Assembly (NCBI GenBank): GCA_964016885.1
Contig: OZ024751.1
Location: forward strand, 37,572,001 to 37,636,000
DNA length: 64,000 nt
Direction: 5' to 3'
From: Eledone cirrhosa
Lineage: Eukaryota
Below the pieces are notes generated by a model that was given only the letters and a program-made list of their open reading frames with translations, did no database searches and had not been told where the DNA came from. Made by a program: the position numbers and the translations under genes. The stretch's first letter is position 1; the number at the start of each line of letters is the position of its first letter. This document shows, in pieces, positions 1-14,324 of the stretch.

Positions 1-730
1 TGTCGTTGTTTAAGTTTGTGAGAAAAACAAGCTGTATAATGTGAAGTATGTTGTTATATTGTGATTTACTGTCATTGATAATTTTGGTGCATATTTCCTC
101 TATAGTGGCTATCGTTATCTGATAGTCAGAATTGACTGGCCAAAATGTTGCTCACTTTACTGGTCATTCCATTGCCGATAGGGGCGTTTGTTGTTTCTGC
201 AGAATAGAAAATATGAAGAGAATACGCGTAGGGAAATATTTTAAGCAGTTCATTCGTAGGGGTGATATATTTGTTTTGTTTTTTTTAGAGAGAAATAGAT
301 CTGTCAATGTAGGTTCAAATGTTTTAACAGTTAGTTCGGTGACAGATATTTGAAACATATCTACAATAAGTGAATGATGCGATGGGATAACATGTTTTGC
401 ACAAACCCTGATTAACACATTGATGCTACTGACATGTTAGCAACGCGACATTACCTGTCAACTGGTACAACATTTAAGAAAGAATTCATAATACATCAAT
501 GGCAGTTTTTTCATGGCCAGAAAGTAGTCGTCTTGTATATGAATAATTCACTACAAACTTACTATTTTCTCTTACACATGAAAGTTTCTCTCTCTCTTGT
601 CTGTCAATGTACGTACTACCTAAATATCAGCTGCGAACAGAAAGTTTTAGGCCTCTTCCTCTCATGATATTCTACCGCCTACTCCCACTCACTTTATCTG
701 TCCTTAACTCCCCTGTATAAACAAACATGA

Positions 731-785
731 GAGGTTATATCTACAGGTTTCAGCTAATGTCTCGTCATCAGATAATAACAACCTC
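731..785 (-). ncRNA. Degenerate type I hammerhead ribozyme motif
   Basis: Minus strand reads GAGGUUGUUAUUAU-CUGAUGA-CGAGACAUUAGCU-GAAA-CCUG-UA|GAUAUAACCUC. Core intact; stem I pairs only distally (GAGGUUG/UAACCUC); stem II bulged. Confidence 0.4.
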
Positions 786-1076
786 AGCCACTCTCTCTAC
801 AGAAGCATAGAAACTAAATGCAATGGAGATTTAATAATTTAAATGATGTGCATTGGATGAGCAACCTTATGAGGTAAACATTTACGCAGATCATTGCGTA
901 CATTCTAAAACTTTGTGATCATTTTATATATATATTTAAAATATTTCTGTGTTTAAAATACGGTTATTGTGTATTTTTAAATCTTGTTTGCTTTTTCTTA
1001 AAAAAAGCACTTTTACTATGGACACTGAGACGACTGCTCCACATTTATAACATCTAATATTATATAGAAATATTAG

Positions 1077-1113
<37 letters not shown>

Positions 1114-1297
1114 CTATATATATATATATACGGTTATAGCTACTGTCGCTCAGAGAGTGGGATTGGCTCAGTGCACAGTCTTTCGTCACTTTAAAAAGTA
1201 TCTTCACGCACAGGCATTGTACGATAGAATTAATTAATTATTATTAATAATGGTATATCGTGCAATGGCCATACTCGATGACGAGCGGACATCCATC

Positions 1298-1366
<69 letters not shown>

Positions 1367-4331
1367 TGGATGTCTAGTAAAATAACATTAAGCAATCATA
1401 TTCGGCTGAAGCAAACATACAAATTATACAGTGTGGAGATAATATAAACTATTGGAATGTTTACTGTAATTTTCAATGCAAACATTGAAATAGAAATACA
1501 TAGCTTGAATTTTATAATACATATTGAAAGATTGTTAAATATATTGTTTGGCTTTCGAAAAGAAATAACAACAGCTATTTTGATAAATTAGGAATCTAGT
1601 TTCTGATTATCAATCAATAATTAAGAAAAAATTATACATAAATATATATATAAATAAATATATAAAATAAATTCAAGAAAATGGATTGTTTTTCTACCAT
1701 ATAAAAACGAAACTGTCTTGTTTACAGCGCTAAAACATTTTAGCAAAAATAAAATTAATAAAATAATAACATAAAATAAAAAAATAAAGCAATGAAATTA
1801 TAAACACGGTGTTAGTTTCTACGTGTTTGAAGCATTGTTAGGCAGCCATTTTAAGTATCGTCTGCATTGACAGCATGGAGCAGCCTGCTAGGAATGGCAC
1901 AAAATACAGCTATTTATACTGAATCTTGTTTATCTCCATGTCCTTTTGTAGCGACTGGCTTACATAGAAATAACTTTGTCTGACATGCGTGATATATTGG
2001 TTTCGTGTTTGCAGGCTCAGATTATTTCAGATATTTCTAAAACTCGATGTGTATCCTGCGAGTTTGCTATTCATTATTTTGATATGGATGTCTAGTCTGC
2101 ATTACATGCATCTCATACATTTATACAAAGACATTAATAAAAACAAGATCGTTTTAGCAGCCTGGTTGATTTTACAACGATACGTTTAATATTTTCATTT
2201 GTGTATCTCTAGGTGATTCAATAACTTACACTGTGGTGAACGTGCGTTTCTATCAATTCCACTAGTATCCTACTATAACCAATTAGGATTTTGAAAATAG
2301 ATTCGTAAAACTTGCGTTATATTATTACTTGTTATAGTAAGAAAAACATTATTTCCACACCTGTAAACTATCGATATCTTAACTGATCATATCAGTTTCA
2401 GTGGTGTGCGTTATTGATTTAAATGGTTTGTGTTTACGTTAACTTATAGAAAAAAAAGAGGGTTTATAAGAATTACTATAATTTATAGGCTCAGATGCGT
2501 GGTTCCCTTTTCAGATCCACTGCATGCTGAAGAAATAAATACAACGGGCAACTCCGTATATAATTATGACGAAAGGCTGAAGTATTAGGGACATGAAGGA
2601 ATGGTAATAGTTGTATAGGTATATTCATGATTATTAAGGCTATGAAGCTACATATACACATATCATTTAAAACCCTCATCTTTGTTAAACGTTATTATAT
2701 GAAATATAAATAAAAAAACTTTTGTAGACGCATGCCAGTTTAACAAGGACACTTCCTATTTCTAGTAATTGTTATCGGGCAATAGCTTTCTATTTAACGT
2801 ACATATATATCAGTAAGAATATGCCCTGCATTTAGCAATTTGTTTCAAGTCAGATGATATTATGGCAATCCTAAATATAATGCCTTATAAAATTCATTAT
2901 GTACCCTGTGATGAAAATAAAAGTCTCTTAACCAAGATGCGAATAAACTTAAAGGGATATTCAGTCAAGAAAATTGAATTAGTATTCAAAGTGATGTTAT
3001 AATATTTAATATAACCACAATCCGACAAATAATTGTAGATTGTGTAAGTGTTACAGAACTATTTATACAAGCTAATGAAATTGCTTCTTAGTACAGATAT
3101 TTCGAAGAAATTTCCTTCTTATTTTAACCACATCGTCTCATGATATATGGCATTATGTCCTAGAATAATATTTGCTTTTAAGCTAATGGATTTCCATTCG
3201 TGTTTGTTTAACTGTCCAGCGCATATTAAACATCAATTTGTTTACATGAATTTGACAAGAAATGTGTCCATATACAATTCACAATTCAGTTAATTAAAGC
3301 CATAGCTAAAAATCCATCACATATAAATTCTTTCGAATACATTCATACATTTGTGTGTGTGGGTGTAAACATATATATACGCTAATGGTTCCATGTAATA
3401 TTTGTTTAGATAATGTAACTAATAATATCGAGCATGCTATGATTTGTGTAAAGAAGGCACGTTGGCCACTGTATCAACAGGAATAGTAATAAAAATATAT
3501 AGGATTTTACATGACATAAGGTCAAATAATATTTTACATAGCATCCAATAACTATAATAATTCTGCTGACTTTATTCTGGAATAATAAACATGCTGGGAG
3601 TCTAGACAGTGAGATTCAACATTCACAACTTCATGTTCCTGCTAATTAGTTATATTATTAACGTGTTGAAAACATAATAACTGTAAAAGCAATATAAAAT
3701 ATGTAAAGTTCTAAATAATATTTGTCTGATTAATTGAACACATTATATTTTGTTGTTTTCTTTGTGATGGTGGAATCTTCATAGTTATTCCATTGCTAAT
3801 GCAGACGACAGTCTGTGAATTCGTTACGACTCGCAACTCTTTGAGTTCAAGTCCCACAGAGGTAATGTCTGCTGTTTGTCATTTCGAGACAAATATATAG
3901 AGTACGAATCCGCTGTATCTTTTTAAACTTCTTTAATACACACTCCTATTCTCTGAAAGAAATTAGCTGTGTTCAGAGCTGGAGTGGTGATGAGGTCCAT
4001 CAGGTTTCAAAACTGCGTAAGAAACGATGTATCTCCCTGCGGCTACACCAGGAGTTACCGGTTAAAAACAAATACGGAGAAACTTATATACATTTGATAT
4101 ACTTTCAAAATGTTGATTGAGTGACTACATAGCTTCTCTTCAGCCTATGTTGTCTACACATTTACACTTCGATTCTACGAACGCTCAGTGTAGCGAATCA
4201 CTTATAATAAAAAAGGAAGCAAACCTTTTTTGTGACGGAACAAGGATATATACTTTCAATGACGTATATGAGGTGCGAAAAATGTGTTGTAATACATTTT
4301 TGTTATAATTATATCTGCCAAGGGCTGAAAC

Positions 4332-4387
<56 letters not shown>

Positions 4388-4923
4388 ATATATATATATA
4401 TACTCTTCAACTAAGGTCACTGTCCGAATCTGCATTTATTACCTTTTGTGTTTTACAGAACTAAGTTTTATCGCTGTTCACCGCCTCTAGTGCTCTCTTA
4501 ATTCTAATATTTAGGTTACGAATTATATACATGTAGTGGTACTTAATGTATAAATATACTGCTTAGTCTCTTGTTTAGATAATGTTTAGTACTCTTTAGT
4601 CATCTCGTTTATTATTATTCGGTTTTATAATGTAAACATATTAGTAATATTTAAACATATACCTGCATTAAACGAGCTAGATTAGATGCACATTAATATT
4701 TTTGTTCTTTTGTATGTAATGTTACTGCCATCAGGTGGTTAACATTCGATGCCAATATTCTCGTTTGCAGAGCATAGAATATAATATTATGTTGATAATG
4801 TGTCTCGGTTATACAGCGCTATATGATACTTTTACTGAAGAAATCTAGATGGTGGGTATTTTGTTTAAGTAAACAGATATTTACTACGTGAAGTAATCGA
4901 TGCGGCAGTCTTCTAAAGACCTA

Positions 4924-4978
<55 letters not shown>

Positions 4979-6060
4979 ACCATGACAATATTCCTTTGTG
5001 AGGAATATTCGGTTCCACTATATTAATTGAATGACTTTACCAACTCCAGCCCAAATTAATCGCTTGGGGTGATATAATTTTTCACTGCTGATATCAATAT
5101 CAAATATACTCCATCAGTTAATATCGTATCGACAAATCAATTTCGTTTTTTACTTCACTAATCTTATTATTACTGCATAGTAGATAGGCTGATGATCAAA
5201 CTTTAGACATTTTGAAAGAAATAATATACGGTGTTGGCATTTTTTGTTTGGTTTCATTTTTCAAAATTTTACTGCCCAAGTTTATTAAACAACATCAAAG
5301 GTTAATGACCTCTATAAAGTTATTTCGAAAACAATACTTCTTTCAACTAATTGCCTGACATTCGTGGTTATAGTTTTCCTTTCTTTTGTTTGCTAAAATA
5401 ATTATTCAATCGATATTTTTCTATTGTCGCGATAAAGACGAAGCATTAGTAATAATAACTGCCACAAACAATTATTCTACAATAAAGAATGAAGTCAAAC
5501 GTAGTTAATAAAAACGTCTTCAACATATTATTCCCCATTTTCGCTACACATTTGTCACATTACCTTTCCTTATAAAGCAAAAAACGAGATACGAAATAAA
5601 GTAGAAGTAGAATTAGGAAGCGATAAAATTGCTTAGTTCTAAAATCCCTACACAATACATTTAGGTTTAAATAGGAATAATAATTAAGTATTTCCTTGAA
5701 TGTGTTATAACATTTTTACATTCATCTAAATGTTTCTAGATTAGCATAATGTTAAAATAGAAATCTATATTCGCTATGTTTGTTTGAATCACTTTGGATT
5801 GCAATTTCTCTTTCTGTTAATTATACAAATTATTTGTATTCATCAAAGATACCAAAGGAACTAACCATGTAACTTAAATCTAGCTTAAACAGAATATATT
5901 AAATATCGTAAAGCACAATATATTATAATTCCATGAAAGACATAGATTTAACCATGTGATTCAATCCCACATATATAATAATGAAGAAGCGCAGTCTTTA
6001 CACAAGTTGTATATATATATATATAACTATTTCAAAATGTTATTTAACAGCATATTTAAT

Positions 6061-6162
6061 AATTGTTTCTACTTTTGGCACAAGGCCAGCAATTACCCAG
6101 TACATTACTGGTACTTTATTTTATCGACCCCGTAAGGATGAAAGGCAAAGATGAAAGGCAAA
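6061..6162 (-). mobile_element. 5'-truncated copy of young tRNA-derived SINE (Nin/Deu-type core)
   Basis: Reverse complement of the 3' half of the SINE at 6186-6371, with a duplicated GATGAAAGGCAAA at the truncation point. Confidence 0.85.
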
Positions 6163-6185
6163 ATTTGCACATATTTCGTATTAAT

Positions 6186-6371
6186 GAAGGTGGATTGGCA
6201 GTATCGGTAGAGGGTCGGACGCCATGCTTTCCAGCATAGTTACGTCCCTTTACGATCTGAGTTCAAATCCCGCCGAGGTTGACTTTGCCTTTCATCCTTA
6301 TGGGGTCGATAAAATAAAGTACCAGTAATGCACTGGGTAATTGCTGGCCTTGTGCCTAAAGTAGAAACAAT
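6186..6371 (+). mobile_element. Full-length young tRNA-derived SINE
   Basis: A-box-like TGGCAGTATCGG, B-box GAGTTCAAATCC, core GCCTTTCATCCTTATGGGGTCGATAAAATAAAGTACC; 14-bp TSD TATTTCGTATTAAT at 6172-6185 and 6372-6385; several near-identical copies in the window. Confidence 0.92.
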
Positions 6372-6974
6372 TATTTCGTATTAATATTCCTTATTTCTAA
6401 ATTAAATATATTTCTGTATAAAAGCAAACAGTTCTAATCAAGAGTTTGTCCAGTATTGATATATTACATAGCAACCGATTGTCTTTTTTAGCAAGATATA
6501 TAAAAGATGTACATTAGAAAAATAAAACATTAAGCCTAACATAATTGATGGTTGAGAGTTATTCAGCAGATTTTTTAATGCAAATATTTTGATATATTAT
6601 ACATTATATACTGAACACCTGGCTGTGTGTCTAATGTACATGAAGCGGAGGCATCGCACCAGTTTCGAAATACGGGAAGACTTTTAATACATAAAAGTAC
6701 AATTAAACTGGAAGGAGATGTTGTTCAATGCGTTAAGTCCACCTTTATAGAAATAGGTTCACTCTGCGAAGAGACGTGGACCGATATAGAGTTCTTTTGA
6801 TGTTCTTATAGCCTAAAGAGCCTCAATATTCAATAATTATGTGCTAAGATAATGTGGCATGTCAAATACTATTTTGCAAGATACTTATATTACAACAATA
6901 CCAAAGAAAAATGCTTCCATATTCATTTCATTTTGTCATTTATTGAAGTATTAATGCATTATATTCTTCGATAG

Positions 6975-7109
6975 TACAATGTTGATTCTTCAAACATAAT
7001 TCTAAAGAATATTCTTGTTATTGATTCAACGATGAATCCGTTCTGGATCAATAACTTCCAAGACTTCAAAGAGTCAGAAATCGTTGGAAGATGGAAACCT
7101 ATCAAATGA
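6975..7109 (+). CDS. Candidate last coding exon of unknown gene (YNVDSSNIILKNILVIDSTMNPFWINNFQDFKESEIVGRWKPIK*)
   Basis: Weak acceptor TTCTTCGATAG, 44 open codons of non-repetitive sequence, TGA, then consensus donor AG|GTAAGT at 7112/7113. No family recognised. Confidence 0.25.
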   Translation, partial: YNVDSSNIILKNILVIDSTMNPFWINNFQDFKESEIVGRWKPIK

Positions 7110-7685
7110 TAGGTAAGTATTTCTATTCTTTCAGGTGGTTATTCTGTGCAGCACTCGTAACCAGTTTCGCTTCACAGTTTCTATGTCTATTCTTTTTTTC
7201 TTTATAAAATTCACATATAATATAATGTAATATAAAGATTATAAGACAAGCGCAAGGATGGGGAATTAGGGGAGCTAAGACACTGACAAAATAATGCAGG
7301 AATAGAAAACCATTAAATTATGCTAAAACTATAAAAAGAAATATATTTAAAGCAGATAATTTGTAGATAATGGTGTGAGGGCAAGAAGGAGAATTTTAGA
7401 ATCTTTACGCTTTGGAGATCATTATTTTGTGCAATAAATTAAATTAACTGAGTAAAAAGTAAGATAACGTCATAATAACATCATATCAAGTAGTATACTC
7501 CTGTGTAAGATAAAAGATATTAATCTAAGAATATGAGAATTGAGAAACCACACATAAAATTACAAAGAAAGGCAGATCACAATAATACATTATATATATA
7601 TATATATATATATAAAATGGTTAGAAACAGACGGAATTTTAAGATGGGTTAGAAATTTATGTGTTACTAGGTCAGGTAATTAACC

Positions 7686-8230
<545 letters not shown>

Positions 8231-8440
8231 TGAAAGGATTGATGGATAGAAAATGTGAAAATAGTCATAAATGTTTGTCATGAGATGCGTTTTCACATGT
8301 ATTGCTAGGATTTTATATGTCATGAAATATATCTGAAAGCAGGATCAGGACAACTGAGAAATTTTGTAAATATGCAGCTAAGATTTGAAATCATGCTTCA
8401 TTGAAAGAGAACCTACGTTAAAGTAAATGAAATAATTAAT

Positions 8441-8517
8441 TGTTTCTACTTTTGGCAATTGGCCAGCAATTACCCAGTGCATTACTGGTACTTCATTTTA
8501 TCGACCCCGTAAGGATG
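8441..8517 (-). mobile_element. 5'-truncated young SINE inserted at the tail of an older SINE
   Basis: Matches the SINE 3' half; flanked on both sides by AAATGAAATAATTAAT (TSD). Confidence 0.85.
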
Positions 8518-8533
8518 AAATGAAATAATTAAT

Positions 8534-8715
8534 GGTTTCTGATTTAGGCACGAGAGCAGCAAGTTTGGGGGATGGAGTAGTCGCGTAAATCTACCCCAGT
8601 GTGTGATTTGTACTTTATTTTTCGATCCCCGTAAAGATGAATGGCAGAGCTAACCTCGGCGATATTTGATCAAATCGTAAACGGCCGTGCCGTACCATAT
8701 GCTGCTCTAACAGAA
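8534..8715 (-). mobile_element. Older diverged SINE of the same superfamily (long-tail form)
   Basis: Degenerate TTTCGATCCCCGTAAAGATGAATGGCAGAGCTAACCTCGGCG core; extra G-rich tail segment absent from young copies. Confidence 0.7.
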
Positions 8716-10429
8716 GAGGAACTCTATTTAAGATAAGAATAAACGGGACATATATTATTCTTAACATCGACGGCATATGGTACGAATTAATATAAATTCC
8801 ATTGAGATCTTGTTGAATAATGCAACTAGTATTGTGTCGCGAATACCTTTCAAAATACAAAATACTCACTCCAGAATCTTATAAATGTTAGTGAAAATGA
8901 CCCCCCCCCCCCCACACACACACACACTCACACAAGCAATATTGTTCTATTCCCGAAATTAAGAAGACTTTGACTGAAATGTTGCCAGCCACGTTTTTAA
9001 AGGTGAGAAAATGTAGAATGCTTTTATCAGTTAGAAGCTATCCCTTTATTAACATTTCAAAAGAACACAGTATATATTTTGTTATGAACATATAGTTTTC
9101 TTTCATAAGGAAACAAATACCAACGTCTGATTATTTCTATCAGATTAAAATATAAGTGTTTATGACAATATTCAATATTCTTATTTTATATGAATTTTCT
9201 AATAAAGTAATATTAATTTTTGACCTCATAATATGACAATTCGATGGAACATTTCGACTGATTCTGGGAATGGAATTTGCTGATGAAATTCATTTAAATT
9301 GTCTACTAAGAAAAACAAAAGAATAAATAGAAATAATACTGAAAAAAAATAAAGAAGAAAGAAAGAAAGACATTACCAAATAAGAGAATCTGTTAGAATC
9401 AATGAAAATCAGAACACATTTGCTTCAAGATTTTCTTCAATGATTAGAGTGCTTTAGCTGCCACAGCTGTCAGTTCGACTATGGCATGAAAGATTTAAAG
9501 AAGAATTAAAGGCGACATAATCTTCGAGTCATTAAAAAAAACAAAACAAAAATAAACGAAAACGATTTCTGGTATTTGGCTAAAATAAATGATAGTTACA
9601 TTAATATCATGATTTGATTCGGATTCATAAATATACGTCAAATTTTTAATAGCTTGCCTACTTAAAGCTCTTACATGTGATTTTGTTTATCAGGAAGAAA
9701 GGCTGACAAAAGCCAACTATAATGCATAAAAATTGGGTCAACACACAAAAATATATATTCCTGTGTATACACAGCTACGATATTTACTTTAACACATCCA
9801 TTTAGTATGCCACGGTTCTGTAAGCATGCGAACACATTAGACATATAGAAAGAGAGCAATTAATTGATTTGCCATAGCTAACGTTTGTAGATTGAATTTA
9901 AACGATTCGGTAAACTTATTTGTGAATAATTCTAAACCAAAGAAAACAATGCATTTGTTCGTTAAGGATATTTACAATGTATAATAAATTAATAATGTAA
10001 CTTATTTAAGACAACACAGCTGAGTTTCGAGAAAACTAACAGATCCTTGTGTTAAGTATATTAACAATAACATCCATGTGGTATTTACTGTGGCAAAACT
10101 CTTATATCTAACTGGAAATATAATTTGATACTTTCCGAAAGGACTTGCGATATAATTGAAAAGAATCCCAATTAACGCAGAATTGAAGCCGTCTATTATG
10201 TGGTTATAAGTAAAATATATTTCTAAGTCGCCCTAAAGCAATATTCATAAGAATATAAGTTGTATGAGAGGCTTAATTTTGTTATAGGTAGTGTGGTTTG
10301 TAGGAAGGAGTTGAGTCAACATATTCGCAGGAATTTCTTGAAAAGTTGCCAAAAGATTAGTGCAGTAAAATGGTAATGGAGATAATTCAATAGAGATGAG
10401 ATTCTTCAGATGAACGTCTGGGACTAGCA

Positions 10430-10469
<40 letters not shown>

Positions 10470-10578
10470 AGAGAGACAGAGAGAGAAGGTGGGGGGATAC
10501 ATAGCATATGTAATTCAGTAAATTTCTGGTAGTACATTGAAGAAATATATAAGTTTAACACGTCAAATAAAACAAAAG

Positions 10579-10618
10579 TGTCCTACCGTTTCGGACACTA
10601 GTCCTTCATCAGAAAACA
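10579..10618 (-). ncRNA. Minimal hammerhead ribozyme motif
   Basis: UGUUUU-CUGAUGA-A-GGAC(UAGU)GUCC-GAAA-CGG-UA|GGACA. Perfect stem II, intact core, imperfect stem I. Confidence 0.55.
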
Positions 10619-10873
10619 GGATTAGAAATATAAGATAAAATGGAAAGATAACGACTACGAAGAGGAAGAAACGGTAATATGAAGAAAAAAAAACAACACG
10701 TCTATATTCAGCCAGCCATATACATACACATATTTATACGGAGAACATACATACATATATACAGGCACATATATATATATTCAAACAAACAGACATATAT
10801 ATATACATGCACACATTGTGTGTGTATATATATATAATATTTATAAATGTATGGATATATGTGTATGTATGTG

Positions 10874-11007
<134 letters not shown>

Positions 11008-11099
11008 AGTGTCTGGATATATGTATGTATATATATATATATGTTGATTTAAAACTTCACTATTCACAAGTGTTTTTTAACCTTCATATCATGTATCCC

Positions 11100-11170
11100 T
11101 ATTTTATCTGATGGAAACGCAGATATCATCACATGATGATATTTGTTTTTGAAATGCGCATAATAAAATA
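11100..11170 (+). ncRNA. Hammerhead ribozyme motif, family A-like (core A9 to G)
   Basis: UAUUUUAU-CUGAUGG-long stem II (CAGAUAUCAUCA/UGAUGAUAUUUG)-GAAA-UGCGCA-UA|AUAAAAUA. 8-bp stem I; palindromic loop III. Confidence 0.65.
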
Positions 11171-11198
11171 CTTGGAACTCTTTTAACCATCTTTCGAT

Positions 11199-11255
<57 letters not shown>

Positions 11256-11277
11256 AGTGTATGGATATATGTGTGTA

Positions 11278-11340
<63 letters not shown>

Positions 11341-11420
11341 AGTGTATGGATATATGTGTGTATATATGTATATATATATATGTGTGTATATATATATATA
11401 TGTGTGTGTATATATATATA

Positions 11421-11461
<41 letters not shown>

Positions 11462-11520
11462 ATATATATGTGTGTGTGTATATATATATATATATATGTG
11501 TGTATATATATATATATATA

Positions 11521-11552
<32 letters not shown>

Positions 11553-11639
11553 GGTATAACGTTAGTGTCTCAATAGTACGCTCTCGATGCCTACAGTTAA
11601 TTGCAGGCTCATTGGGTAAAATTCAATAATCACAACGCA

Positions 11640-11950
11640 ATTTTAATTTTCTTACTGGTCTGTCTTTTAATAAGTATCATTCATTCTTTAATAGCGGTTG
11701 GTGTTGGGATAGTCTTGGCAGCGTACTTGAGGTCTGGTTGAACATATTCTTCATTAAATTACATTTAATTGCAACACATTATATTTTTGCTGCAATTTAT
11801 TAAAGTGATATGATTGGTTGGTTAGAAATGAGTGCGAGAATGATGCTCTATCATTAAATGCAGTCGAAGCTGTAAAAATTATCTAAGATTACTCTTGGTA
11901 AATTAAGTGTTCCTCGTAGTCTTTCTAGTTTCTAAGATTTTGATAGAATG
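11640..11950 (-). pseudogene. Degenerate Penelope-like GIY-YIG endonuclease relic
   Basis: Frameshifted translation NCSKNIMC/AIKCN/NEEYV/QTSSTLPRLSQH fits the PLE pattern C..N.IY.I.C..C...YVGQT...L..R...H. Confidence 0.45.
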
Positions 11951-12371
11951 TTTGCAGCGATTCTCTAGAGATTCACATCTTGAAAATATATCTATATTTA
12001 AATTTATAATGAAACATATAATAGCTTTTCATGTCTGCAGTGTATTGCTGAGTGTAATTATGTAAGTACATAACACAATATGTGTTTTACACAAACACAT
12101 GCAGGCGGGTACAGGTAATCGGATATTACATAAACACAGATACGTTGAGGACGTCATATATGTATGTGTGTGTTTTGGTATGTGTGTGTGTGTGAGTATG
12201 GATGTGTGCGTGTGGAATTCAAATTACAATGTATTGCCCAATTCCTGTATCAGATCTTAATTTCGTAAAATTAAGAATTCACTCATTATCTGCTCGGAGG
12301 TGCATGAATATACAAGCGTATCACATACTTGAAGAATAATAAAGAATCCTATAATATTGTACACAAATATA

Positions 12372-12600
<229 letters not shown>

Positions 12601-12719
12601 TGTATAAATGATTGTAACAATAATGATAATTTTATTTTTGCGAAGAGCGATCAAATTTAGGTATAGGCTGTTTGAGAGATTATCTGTCCACCTGTGTTAT
12701 CAGAAAACTTAAAGGGAAT

Positions 12720-13110
12720 CATTGAATGTTGGAAATATTGTAGACAAGTCGGTAAAAGGAAAGATGATGGAATGTGTAAAGTCAATGTTTATCTCTGTAG
12801 AGTTAACAGAAATTATTTACACTACGTTAGTTTGACAGCGAAAAACAAATATAAAGAAACCATTGTTGTAGCAGGCGAAGATAAAAAATGATTCCATCTG
12901 TCGTTCTTTTGTTGAGGCGATGCCTGTCGAAACTCTTGGAAGAAATAGGTTTTTCAATTTAAGAAGTTTACCTGTATCAACATTCACTGCATATAAATGA
13001 TATGACGAGTTTTTCTTTTCTTGCTTTACTCTCCTGTTTTGATAAGGATATTCTAGCACCCAATGTAGAAATCTACAATACATTGACGTGTTAGACATCA
13101 TCAGAACAAT
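12720..13110 (+). pseudogene. Degenerate Penelope-like GIY-YIG endonuclease relic
   Basis: ORF 12694-12891 contains CR..GMCKVNVYLCRV..HYVSLTAKNKYKE, matching PLE CR..C..G.C...VY.C.V...Y.GLT...FK; downstream frames show disrupted H..SF- and RH-like remnants. Confidence 0.55.
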
Positions 13111-14075
13111 AAAGATAACACATGACCTCGATATAATGCTAGGATGTTGTAGATGTCATTAACAATTAAAACAGTTCTATTTTTCGTGCCTGACGTTAAC
13201 AGCTTTCCTGGCTGTTTTCAATTCAACACAACTAATTTATCGGGGACTTTCTATCACAGCTAGTAATTAACAAAAATAACATGGCTGACGGATATGAAAG
13301 GAAATTTAAATTGAATAACTACGCTATTAAAATTGATGTATCCAAACTAATAAAAGCAAACCTTGAGAGAAAATATAGGTGGTTGATTGGTTGAGTTAGA
13401 TGAAAGCATAATTTGGGGATGGTTCTCTGTATTGCTTGCTATTCATTTTCTCACTCTGTTATTTAGTTCTATTATTTGTCACGCTCGGGTGTGTGCGTAT
13501 GAATGCATGTATATTATGGCTGAGTGTGAGCCTTGTTATTCTGGAGTTCACCTGCGCATTAAAGAGGATCGTCAGACATCACTAACTTTTCAATATTAGA
13601 GAAAGTATAAATAGCTTGAGATTAAAAGGGGGCTGGCAGTAAGCTTTTTTCACATGGATGTGTAGAGAGGGAAACATATATGAGATGTTACTAAAGATTT
13701 GACTAGTAAGAACATAATTCAACACAGTACTTCGTAATTTAAAGAAATTAAATTATAAATATCCTTTATTACCTTATATATAATATATACATTCTATATT
13801 CTATTACACCAACAGTTTCACATGGTTTCAGTTTGAGCACCGGAGTTACATTTAAGAAATTAGGTGAGTGTGAGGGCGTGTGTGAGGGCGTGTGTGAGAA
13901 CTAAAACTTAAAAACAAGGGAACGATTTTCGATGACTAATATATATATATGACACTGGGTATGAACCGAAGGCTTACCTGCAATATTCCAGGTACTAAAC
14001 CAGTTGTTCGAGACAATCACAAAGCAATCAATGGAGCGAGTAGTTGATACATTATCGTTCAGAGTAAACACAAAT

Positions 14076-14116
<41 letters not shown>

Positions 14117-14120
<4 letters not shown>

Positions 14121-14256
14121 CTAGAAATATCCGTCGAAACGGCTTGAGTTCTGCCGTTGGGGTCCTGACTCTTTTCCTATTACCCACTTTACTACCCAAA
14201 GTATTAAGTACTCTGGTGCTTTATGGTGCACTTGGTTCCTTACCACACTTCCTTCG

Positions 14257-14260
<4 letters not shown>
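14117..14260 (+). mobile_element. Family C repeat (putative Penelope-like pLTR fragment) inside (TA)n
   Basis: GTCGAAACGGCTTGAGTTCTGCCGTTGGGGTCC...ACCCACT.TACTACCC...GTACTCTGGTGC; homologous to copies at 17.8, 19.3, 34.3, 39.1, 43.4, 51.9 and 61.0 kb. Confidence 0.75.

Positions 14261-14324
<64 letters not shown>

Noticed and set aside
1-460. Possible minus-strand terminal exon (TTNAPIGNGMTSKVSNILASQF*) or RT relic
   Set aside because: Only an acceptor-like site; no homology recognised; truncated by the window edge.
1950-2610. Several plus-strand acceptor-like sites with short open frames
   Set aside because: No consistent exon chain or strong donors.
5185-5225. CTGATGA hits here and near 9281, 13100, 30115 and 61133
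   Set aside because: No stem I partner and/or no correctly placed GAAA..NUH; expected by chance.
6186-6275. tRNA gene
   Set aside because: The A and B boxes belong to a SINE head that continues into the SINE body and is bounded by a TSD; no convincing cloverleaf.
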